From Azolla caroliniana (Eukaryota > Plantae > Polypodiophyta): DNA of 11,978 nt. The DNA lies in contig JBHGNT010001110.1 of the NCBI GenBank assembly GCA_043228905.1, positions 1-11,978 of the forward strand, written 5' to 3'. The notes under the pieces were generated by a model, which had not been told where the DNA came from, did not search any database, and saw only the letters and a program-made list of their open reading frames with translations. How positions within the stretch are numbered: position 1 is the first letter of the stretch; every line of letters starts with the position of its first letter. Position numbers and translations under genes: made by a program. This document shows positions 1 to 9,287 of the stretch, in pieces.

Positions 1-985
1 AATCAACTCACTCCCTTGATAGTGAGTTTGAAGGCCTTGAGATCCGGACAAATGGAGCGGAGAAAGCCGTAGTATCTTCAAACGAGAAACTTTGCCGATC
101 CACCCGTGAAAAGAACCCCATAAGCCGATTCGCCTACAACGATTATATGGCGTACCATTATGCTTTTATGATGAAGGTAGCGACAGTACGGGAGCTGGAA
201 ACGTTTTCCGAAGTTGCGACGGACCCCAGATGGGTTGAAGCGATGAATGAGGAGATGCAAGCACTCTCCAAGAACGAGACATGGGATCTCGTTCCCCACT
301 CACCGCACAAGAAGGCAATTGGCCACAGATGGATCTATAAGGTGAAGTATAATGCCGATGGCTCCGTAAACCGTTACAAAGCTCGACTCGTAGCGAAAGG
401 ATACGCTCAATCGCATGGAGTCGACTATGAAGAGACATTTGCCTCGTGGCAAAGATGATGATGGTGTGGACCGTAATTACACTCGCAATGGCGGAAGGGT
501 CGCATCTCCACTAGATGGACGTCAAGAACGCTTTCCTCCAAGGCAAATTAGAAGAGGTGTACATGGTACAACCTCCCGTGTGCCGACTCAAGAAGCCACT
601 CTACGGCCTCAAGCAAGCACCGCGTGCTTGGCATTCAAAGATTACGCAATATCTTCATCAAATCAGATTTCGAAACTCGAAATCCGACAACTCCCTCTAC
701 GTACGCAAGGACTCTAGAAGCCTAATTGTCATCATCCTCTACGTGGATCATCTGGTTATTGGAGTTGAGCATTTAGTCGACATCAACAAGGTGAAGTCCC
801 TCCTCTCCAACAAATTTGAGATGACGGACATGAAGGAGCTTCATTACTTCCTAGGCATCGAGGTAATTCAGACTCCGGCCGGCATTATGATCTCCCAACG
901 GCACTACATCCTCAACTTGTTACACAAGTTCGGGATGACTAAGTGTAAATCTGTGGCAACCCCTCTCGATCGAAACCTTAAATAG
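1..985 (+). pseudogene. Ty1/copia pol fragment (integrase-RT linker and reverse transcriptase, RVT_2-type), degenerate and 3'-truncated
   Basis: Copia RT motifs: WVEAMNEEMQALSKNETWDLV, RWIYKVKYNADGSVNRYKARLVAKGYAQ.HGVDYEETFA (147-445), then MDVKNAFLQG, LYGLKQAPRAW, LYVDH (catalytic YVDD mutated) and LHYFLGIEV (515-985). There is a frameshift near 445, a stop just before 515 and a deletion at QPP|VCRLKK. RNase H and PPT are absent. Confidence 0.95.
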
Positions 986-1337
986 AATCATATTCTATGA
1001 CACATAACTAATGAGTTACATATTCCCGATGACTATGAGTTTTCACATTCCCCAAGAGAGAGAGTGGTTGTTGTAAGTTAATGAAGAGAGGGGTGACTCT
1101 ATATAAAGCACCCTCCTCATACTTCATATTATGTCGGTTGTGACTCCTTGTAATGCTACAATTTTGTATCTCCATTCTACTTGTGAAATATACATCTTCT
1201 TCTCCTTTAGTATTTTATTTCTCTTGCTTATCTATCGTGTGTTCTCTTCTCTCCTCTATTTTTCTCTCTCTCTCTCTCACACACACATAACACACATATC
1301 AATTCCGCTGCACAAGAATCACCATCGATTCTTTACA
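986..1337 (+). mobile_element. Probable LTR remnant (3' LTR lacking its 5' end) of an intronic retrotransposon
   Basis: TATA-like CTCTATATAAAG (TATATAAA 1100-1107), a T/CT-rich R-U5-like tract with (CT)n(CA)n, and an end at ...TTCCGCTG...CTTTACA (CA terminus 1337). No partner LTR in the window, so the boundaries are inferred. Confidence 0.6.
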
Positions 1338-1368
1338 AAAACCTACACATTAAATAACAATGTCACAG

Positions 1369-2535
1369 GAAACTAGGCTGGGAAGCTCAAGAAAACGAGA
1401 GTCATCTAGATGCTATGCGGAGAGGAGATCTATTAGGAGCACTGATATCGTTTCAGAATGATGATATAGCTAGAGAAGCAGTTCATCGTTTTGAAGTTTT
1501 TGTCCAAGATAGAGAAACACCATTGCTGCCGGCAGACATCAGAAGTGTAAAATTGGCTTTTGAAATATGATCTGTTTTCCTGTTTAGGATCTTAATTAGA
1601 TTTTGATTTCTTTGAAATTCTATATTGAATGCAGGCTGCATTTAAGGCTATAATGAGAAAAACAACTTCATCAGACAGAAGAGGCTATGATTCTTTGCTA
1701 CAAGTGTATAGAGACACAAACCTTAGCCAAGAAAAATCACGAATATTGGGACATCTTGCTTCCTCTCCTGATCCGGTGATGGTGAAAGAAGCACTTGACT
1801 TTGCTATTTCATCTGAGGTTTGTGAACTGTTATTGTGGTTCAAAGGCTTGCAGTTAGTATTGAGAGGTAATATTGATGCATGTTTCGACTTTTCAGGTTC
1901 GTAATCAAGATACATTGTTTGTATTTTCTGGAATCAGTATAGAGGGGCGTGAAATAGGTTGGGCTTGGCTAAAGGTAATAGAGTGCATGTTATGCTTTAT
2001 CAAGTCTATTGGAGTATTGACCACTATTTTCCTAGAACAAAGACTTGTATGCTATGAGTGGTTTTATTCGTATGCAAGGTGATTATCTGAATCAAGTTGT
2101 CTTCCCACATTTTTCATGGAAGAGTTAGCATAAGAATGATGACATGACCTCCCTTATGTTGGATCTACTTGCTTGTTGGCAGGAAAATTGGAACCTTGTA
2201 TCCAAGAAATGGGAAGGGTTTCTTGTGACACAATTTATCACAACTACTACCTCACAGGTTAGTATGAAGGTGATGCTTGTTTTTACCATTTTTAATAATG
2301 AGTTGTTTCTTGTGACACATGTATGTTGATTGGGGGCATATTTGCTTTACAGTTTACTAGTGATGAGAAAGCATCAGAGATCGAAGCTTTTTTTTCAGTC
2401 CATGGAAATCCATCTGTAGAACGAACTGTCAAGCAAAGTATAGAGCGTGTGCGTATCAATGCACAATGGGTTAAACATGTACGGTTAGAGGAAGGTTTTT
2501 GTAATGTTATACAAGAGCTGTTGGCAAAGAATTAA
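1369..2535 (+). CDS. APM1: Aminopeptidase M1 (puromycin-sensitive aminopeptidase-like), last five exons encoding the ERAP1-like C-terminal domain: 1369-1546, 1635-1817, 1897-1974, 2183-2257, 2353-2535 (stop TAA). The 5' part lies upstream of the window.
   Basis: All four internal introns are GT..AG and the spliced frame is open: KLGWEAQENESHLDAMRRGDLLGAL...RETPLLPADIRS|AAFKAIM...GYDSLLQVYRDTNLSQEKSRILGHLASSPDP...SE|VRNQD...EGREIGWAWLK|ENW...GFLVTQFI...Q|FTSDEKASEIEAFF...RTVKQSIERVRINAQWV...KN*. This closely follows the plant APM1 C-terminus as I recall it (KLGW..ESHLDAMLRG, TPLLPPDIR, LSQEKTRILG, VRNQD, RTLKQSIERV.INA.WV). Confidence 0.93.
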
Positions 2536-3375
2536 AATGTTAATATGATTGACAAGGTCCAAAAATTTCCAGCCAATGTAGCGGATAAACATTAAATTTA
2601 CAGTTAGATTTTCTTCAATGTTTTTTTCTTTCCAAATTTTGGAATGATACCTATATTGTGCAGCGTCATATACATGATTGAGGTTGGGCACTCGGTGAAG
2701 AGGTTAGTAAAGACATGGGTAAAAGCTTGACAGAAGGCCTACACATACTTTCTGCAAGGTCATTGAGTAGAGTGAGAAAATTGAGTATGGCCAAATGCAG
2801 TGCATTCTGACTGATAGTCTGGCTAATAGAACTAATTATATAAACTTTCATATGTGCTATATGAAGTCTTTAAGAGCCAAAATGGCCTATAAGATCTAAC
2901 AAAACATGACATCTTAAAATTGTTTCTGATATTTGAGAACTACAAAGAAAAATAAATTTAGCCTAACATGGGGTAGTCAAGAATCAAGATATGTTTAACT
3001 CCTAAGAATTAAGCTATATGAACTTTAGATTAAAGTGTTTGCCTTCAAATAATTTCCAATGTGGCAATTTTTAGGTCCATCTACATAATACATTGTTATT
3101 GCTGCTTATATTTGTTATAAAGATTGATATAGCAAGACAGAATATAGAGAAACGTCTTTATGCTAAATTAAGTTAATATGCACTTCATACTATCTCTCAA
3201 ATATAGTCTCACTCATGTTTCCAATGTAATGTATCACACCTATTTGATCTAAGGGGAGAGGTTCTTATATACATTTTGTTTAATGCGTGCATCACTTATG
3301 TCACTACATGTATTTGTAGATGTTTATAAGTATTACACATTTTAGTGCACCTTAGTGTATGATCAGTGATCTTAA

Positions 3376-3639
3376 TGTTGGCATAAAAGGCTGATCCTTC
3401 CATTTTGTATCCTACGTGTGAACACTCTTCAAGTTAGGGCTTCTGTATATATAAGCCTAAACATAACATTGTAAGAGAAAGGGGTTTTTTATAGAAGAGG
3501 AAGATAGTCTCTATTAGAGCTTCAACTATATATTTGGGTTCTTACCTACTGTCTTCTTCTTCTCTAGTTCATTTGTGTTGCTTGTTGTACACATCTTCAG
3601 ACAGGTACTCACTTATTCTTTTGCATATCATATTCAACA
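3376..3639 (+). mobile_element. 5' LTR of copia element 2 (start uncertain)
   Basis: Ends in ...TTCAACA immediately before a PBS. The only nearby upstream TGTTG (3376) gives TGTTG...CAACA inverted termini. TATA-like TATATATAAG near 3445. The true start could lie further upstream. Confidence 0.55.
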
Positions 3640-3641
3640 AG

Positions 3642-3653
3642 TGGTATTAGAGT
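3642..3653 (+). promoter_or_regulatory. Primer-binding site (initiator Met-tRNA), degenerate
   Basis: TGGTATTAGAGT versus canonical TGGTATCAGAGC (two C>T changes), 2 nt after the LTR CA end and upstream of gag. Confidence 0.8.
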
Positions 3654-3773
3654 GACCTTGTTGTCTTGTGGCAACGAACATCAAAGACTGAGAAAAGAAG
3701 TTATTCGGCTAAGAGAAAAGACAAGGCCAACAACATCTACTTTCTAGAAAAATGGTGACACTCTCTTGCACAT

Positions 3774-5542
3774 GTGGAAATCTGGAAGTTAGACGGGAAG
3801 AACTTTGCCCTCTAGAAGGAAATGATGCAAGATGTGCTCATAATCTGAAGACATGTCAAAGCGATTTGCCAAAGTGACCAACCAACAACAATGTTTGTTG
3901 AAGGGTGGAGATCGATGGACAAAATTGCACGTTTGACCATCCGGATGCACTTGGACGAGAATGTCTATTTCAACATGGAAAAGGAAACGATGACATTCTC
4001 ACTATGGGAGAAGTTACAAGTTGTATATGAGAAAAGTCCTCTTCGTCGAAGCTCATATTGATCTGACAGTTGTTCAATATGAAGATGAGAGGGATGGATC
4101 CGACGACCTCCCACATCAACACCTTCAATCAGGTGTTGTCTGAGCTCTCCTCCCGTATGAAAGCACTTGCCCTCCTTTTGAGCTTGTCAGCGAGTTGGGA
4201 GGTATTCTACATGACATTTGCCAATAGTTGTCCAAAGCTGAACTTGGACGAAACGATCGGACAAGTCCTCACTGAGGACGTTCGACGAAAATCAATGGGA
4301 CTTACCATCGATGAATCAGCAATCGCTCACTACTGGACTGAGCCAACGAAAAGAGCCGGTCGAAGTATCAATCAACCAAGAAGGAGGAACGATAATCGAC
4401 ATCGGTTGAAGTTGAGGAATAGTCGATCAAGTGCTTTCTGCAATCATTGCAGAAAGATTGGTCACAATGTTTTCGATTGCTGGTCGATAAAAGGAAAGGA
4501 GAATGGTCGGCAATTTGATCGGACACAAGGACAATCCGATTCAAATCGTTCTCCTATTGGCAACCAAGTCAATGTTGCCGAGTCCCGATTCGGAGAAATC
4601 CTCCCTTAGAGGAGTCGTCAATCGGTGAAGTCCTATACAATGTGTAAGACACACGAACGTGGTTGTTGGACTCCAGGGCCACATTTCACATGACGCCTAA
4701 CATGGAATGGTTTTCGGACTATTCGGTCGGGGCCAACAACACAATTTGACTAGGCAACGAGTAGGAGTGCGTAATTGCAGGGATCAATGAGGTCCCCATC
4801 CAATTGCCGAATGAAAATATTATCACCCTCACCCTGCATCGAGTCTGGCACGTACCCGAATTGAAGAGGAGTCTGGTCTCCATTGGCATGCTAGTCGAAG
4901 TCGGGTACCAAATCACTCTCAATGAGTTGTCATGGACGATCAGCTGAGGAAATATGAAAATCGGGAGTGGATGCAAGTACAACCTGTATCCATCGATGGC
5001 GATCAATCCAGAGGGCACAATGAATGTAGTCAAATCGCAGGATTCGAACCTATGGCATGGCCGGCTCAACCATATGTCCCAAGCCGGACTGGACCGGCTA
5101 GTGGCAATCAGTTACATCACGAAACTACAGTCGAAGACAAACTTCTGCGAGCATTGTCGTTACGGGAAACAGACCGGAAATCTGCACTCTCAGTGGTTAG
5201 CCGAAGTGGAGAACCGATTAGGAAACCAAGTGAAGACACTCCAATCCGACAACGGAGGTGAATACACCTCATGAGCCTTCAAACAGTACCTGTTTGATAA
5301 AGGGATCAAGCATCAAAGGATCGTTCCTTAAACCCATGCAAAACGGTGTGGCAGAATGAATCAACCAGACGATCCAAGAGAGGGTGGTGACAATGCTCCA
5401 AAACTTCAAACTAAAGCTGGAATTTTGAGCCAAAGCATTGTAGATAGTAGTATACTTGAAAACTCTGTCGCCCTTGACAGCAATATGGCTCGAAGTGCCA
5501 CATGCACTATGGTCAGGTAAAACGCCGACCTACGACAGACTT
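3774..5542 (+). pseudogene. Copia element 2 gag-protease-integrase, heavily degenerate, cut off by the satellite array
   Basis: gag VEIWKLDGKNFAL*KEMMQDVL; zinc knuckle CNHCRKIGHNVFDC; protease WLLDSRATFHMTP (4660); LWHGRLNHMS..CEHCRYGKQ; integrase LQSDNGGEY and F*AKAL*IVVYL...LWSGKTPTYDRL ending at 5542. Many stops, frameshifts and deletions. Confidence 0.93.
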
Positions 5543-5543
5543 C

Positions 5544-5752
5544 AAACTTGAGGAGGGCGTAGACAAGAGCGCGTGAGTAAATGAAAATGTTCATAGCTGG
5601 CTTGTGTGATATCGGATTTTTGTTTGTATTCAAGCAAGAGAATCGAAACTAAGATATGGAATTGAAAAATCATGATTTTCACCCTCAGGTCGAGAGATAT
5701 GAAGAAAAAAGAAAAGCCACACTTGAGGAGGGCATAGACATAGCGTGTGAGT
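5544..5752 (-). repeat. Inverted-orientation satellite segment (~1.2 monomers, 175-bp period)
   Basis: CTTGAGGAGGGCGTAGACAAGAGCGCGTGAGTAAATGAAAATGTTCATAGCTGG is the reverse complement of the array core. CTTGAGGAGG recurs at 5547 and 5722. Confidence 0.92.
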
Positions 5753-8390
5753 GCGTCATTAGCTTCGATTCGCATGTTTGAACACAAAAATATGATATCA
5801 CATGAACCAGCTATGAACATTTTCCTTTACTCATGCGCTCTTGTCTACACCCTCCTTAACTTTGGCTTTTTCTTCATGTCTCTCGACCTAAGTTTCAAAA
5901 TCATGATTTTTCAATTCCATATTATAGAGTGTGTTGTTAGCTTCGATTCGCATGTTTGAACAGAAAAATCCGATATCACACGAGCCAGCTATGAACATTT
6001 TCATTTACTCACGCGCTCATCTACACCCTCCTCAACTTTGCTTTTTTCTTTATGTCTCTCGTTCTGAGTTTCAAAATCATGAATTTTCAATTCTATATCA
6101 AAGCTAGCTTTGTTAGCTGCTTTGATTCACATGTTTGAACACTAAAATCCAATATCACACAAGCCAGGTATGAACATTTTCATTTACTCACGCAGTCTTG
6201 TCTACGCCTTCCTCAACGTTGCTTTTTTCTTCATGTTTCTCAACTTGGGTTTCAAAATGATGATTTTTCAATTCCATATTATAGAGTGCGTCGTTAGCTT
6301 TGATTCGCATGTTTGAACAAAAAAATCCGATATCACACGAGCCAGCTATAAACATTTTCATTTACTCACGCGCTCATCTACACCCTCCTCAACTTTGCTT
6401 TTTTCTTTATGTCTCTCGTTCTGAGTTTCAAAATCATGAATTTTCAATTCTATATCAAAGCTAGCTTTGTTAGCTGCTTTGATTCACATGTTTGAACACT
6501 AAAATCCAATATCACACAAGCCAGGTATGAACATTTTCATTTACTCACGCAGTCTTGTCTACGCCTTCCTCAACGTTGCTTTTTTCTTCATGTTTCTCAA
6601 CCTGGGTTTCAAAATGATGAATTTTCAATTCCATATTATAGAGTGCGTCGTTAGCTTTGATTCGCATGTTTGAACACAAAAATCCGATATCACACGAGCC
6701 AACTATGAACATTTGGATTGACTCACATGCTCTTGTCTACGCCCTCCTCAACTTTGCTTTTTTCATCATGTCGCTTGCTCTAAGTTTCGAAATCATGATT
6801 TTTCAATTCCATATTATAGCTAACTTCATTAGCTTCGATTCCCATGTTTGCACACAAAAATCCGATATCACATGAGCCAGCTATGAACATTTTCATTTAC
6901 TCACGCGCTTTTGTCTATGCCCGCCTCAAGTGTGGCACAACTTTCCTTTTCTCTTCATGTCTCTCTCCCTGAGTTTCTTCATTATCTTCGATTCGAATGT
7001 TTGAAGAAGAAAATCCGATATCACATGAGCAAGCTATGAACATTTTCATTTACTCACGTGTTATTGTTTACGCCTTCCTCAAGTGTGGCACAACTTTGCT
7101 TTTTTCTTGATGTCTCTCGACCTAAGTTTCGAATCATGATTTTTGTATGTCATATCATAGACTACTTCGTTAGCTTCGATTCGCATGTTTGAACACAAAA
7201 GTCCGATATCACACGAGCCAACTATGACCATTTTCATTTACTCACGCGCGCTTGTCTACGGCCTCCTCAAGTGTGGCACAAGTTTGCTTTTTTCTTCATG
7301 TCTCTCGCCCTGAGTTTCAAAATCATGATTTTTCAATTCCATATTATAGCTAGCTTCATTAGCTTCGATTCGAATGTTTGAACAAGAAAATCTGATATCA
7401 CATGAGCCAGCTATGAACATTTTCATTTACTCACACGCTATTGTTTACGCCCTCTTGAAGTGTGGCACAACTTTGCTTTTTTCTTAATGTCTCCTACCCT
7501 AAATTTCAAAATCATGATTTTTCAGTTCCATATTATAGCGAGCTTCATTAGCTTCTATTCGAATGTTTGAACAAGAAAATCCGATATCACACGAGCTAGC
7601 TATGAACATTTTCATTTACTCACGCCCTCCTCAAGTTTGGCAAAACATTGTTTTTTCTTCATTTCTCTCGACCTGAGTGTCAAAATCAGGATTTTTCAAT
7701 TCCATATTATAGCTAAATTTATTAACTTCTATTCCCATATTTGATCACAGAAATCCCATAACACACAAGCCAACTATGAACATTTCCATTTACTCACGCG
7801 CTCTTGTTTATGCCCTCCTCAAGTGTGGCACAACTTTGGCTTTTTCCTGATGTCTCTCAACTTGAGATTCAAAATCATGATTTTTCTATCCCATATCATA
7901 GACTTCTTCGTTAGCTTCGATGCCCATGTTTGAACATAAAAGTCCCATATCACATGAGCCAACTATGAACATTTTCATTTACTCACGCGCGCTTGTCTAT
8001 GCCCTCCTCAAGTGTGGCACAACTTTGTTTTTTCTTCATTCCTCTCGACTTGAGTGTTAAAATCATGAATTTTCAATTCCATATTATAGCTAACTTATTA
8101 CCTTTGATTCCCATATTTGATCACAGAAATCCGATATCACATGAGCCAACTATGAACATTTTTATTTACTCACGCGCTCTTGTCTACGCCCACCTCTAGT
8201 GTGGCACAACTTTGGCTTTTTCCTGATGTCTCTCGACCTGAGATTCAAAATCAAGATTTTTCTATCCCATATCATAGACTTCTTCGTTAGCTTCGATGCC
8301 CATGTTTGAACATAAAAGTCCCATATCACATGAGCCAACTATGAACATTTTCATTTACTTACGCGCGCTTGTCTACGCCCTCCCCAAGTG
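5749..8390 (+). repeat. Tandem satellite array, ~14.6 monomers of 178-189 bp
   Basis: The anchor GTTTGAAC (or a variant) occurs at 5776, 5954, 6133, 6311, 6490, 6668, 6846, 6999, 7187, 7376, 7565, 7739, 7928, 8115 and 8304. Spacings are 178, 179, 178, 179, 178, 178, 153, 188, 189, 189, 174, 189, 187, 189. Core: GATATCACACGAGCCAGCTATGAACATTTTCATTTACTCACGCGCTCTTGTCTACGCCCTCCTCAA. Confidence 0.97.
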
Positions 8391-9235
8391 GGGTTGGGAT
8401 CGATCGGTTAGGCCGGACCGGTGCGAAAACCGGATATGTAAACCGGTGCGCAGACCGGTATGCAACGAGAAGCCATAGTGGTGCGTAAACCGTGAGGCCG
8501 TTGGAAAGATATTCCATGTAGGAATATATTTTGGGAGTTAGCGTAGAGCTCAGTTATTGTTAGGAAACAGGTCCCTCCGGATGGGAAATGAGAAGAACAA
8601 TACTGATGAGCGGCCTCAGCCGAATCCGGATGTGGAGTACCCGGCAAGAGCCGGACGGTGAAGACCCGGTGAGAACCGGATGAAGAGTACCCGGAAACGG
8701 AAGACCCGGTGAGAACCGGACGATGTGTGCCCGGGAAGCGCCGGATGATGCAGGCCCGGTGAGGAGCGCTCACCGGATGAAGGGACATATTAGTAAATAT
8801 GTTTCTGAGAGTCCATCTGGACTATATTTGTAAATAGACGAAAAGTCATATTAGTATAAATATGACTTAGGGCAAACTTATGAAAAGAGATGTGGTTGTC
8901 ATTCTTGTTGGTGCAAGAAGAGAGAGCGCGTAACAATGTATAGAGAGAGAGAGAGAGAAAGAGGTCGTTGCCTCTGTTGTAACCGCCGCCTGTGGCGAAG
9001 ATCGTGAGCATGAGGTCGTTGCCTCCGTGAACTCACTGTTGTAATCATTGTGATATAGTGATAGTTTGGAGTTTGTGGACTCCCGTGGTTTTTCCCTCTA
9101 AGGGTTTTCCACGTTAAACATCCTGTGTACTCTTCTCTCCTTTGTGTCGTGCATACATTCCCCGTTTTTTCTGTGTTTTGATTCTAAGCTCGGTTGTGGC
9201 CGAGCATTGTTCATCGGAGCATGTAGTTCCTGTCA
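8391..9235 (+). mobile_element. 5' LTR of copia element 3 (~845 bp)
   Basis: Begins where the satellite stops (no clean TG start is visible: GGGTTGGGAT). Has a CCGG-rich U3, TATAAATA at 8855-8862, (AG)8 at 8942, the U5 motif GTGGTTTTTCCC...GGGTTTTCCACGT typical of plant copia LTRs, and ends ...TGTCA 3 nt before a perfect PBS. Confidence 0.85.
8626..8776 (+). repeat. Degenerate ~25-bp CCGG minisatellite in LTR U3
   Basis: CCGG at 8626, 8641, 8651, 8666, 8676, 8691, 8706, 8716, 8731, 8741, 8756, 8773. Exact 21-mer GAAGACCCGGTGAGAACCGGA at 8660 and 8700. Confidence 0.85.
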
Positions 9236-9238
9236 AAG

Positions 9239-9250
9239 TGGTATCAGAGC
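9239..9250 (+). promoter_or_regulatory. Primer-binding site (initiator Met-tRNA)
   Basis: Perfect TGGTATCAGAGC. Confidence 0.95.
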
Positions 9251-9287
9251 GAAACGACACAGAAAAATTGACGAATCATTGGGAGGC

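Noticed and set aside
1131-1376. 81-aa hydrophobic ORF
   Set aside because: A by-product of T/CT-rich LTR sequence.
2650-2851. Possible extra exon or small ORF after the APM1 stop; AATAAA at 2951
   Set aside because: Short frames with no homology. The polyA signal cannot be supported in AT-rich DNA without transcripts.
3251-3260. PPT-like AAGGGGAGAG before LTR 2 (tandem element?)
   Set aside because: Not followed by TG, and there is no pol sequence upstream.
5544-8390. CRISPR-like array
   Set aside because: The monomers are similar along their whole length with no unique spacers, there are no cas genes, and the context is eukaryotic.
5406-8478. Repeated small ORFs (HKNPISHEPAMNIFIYSRALVYALL)
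   Set aside because: These are translations of the satellite. Frames shift between monomers and stops and indels are frequent.
3376-9235. One element with LTR 2 and LTR 3 enclosing the satellite
   Set aside because: The two LTRs show no similarity, and each is followed by its own PBS and gag.
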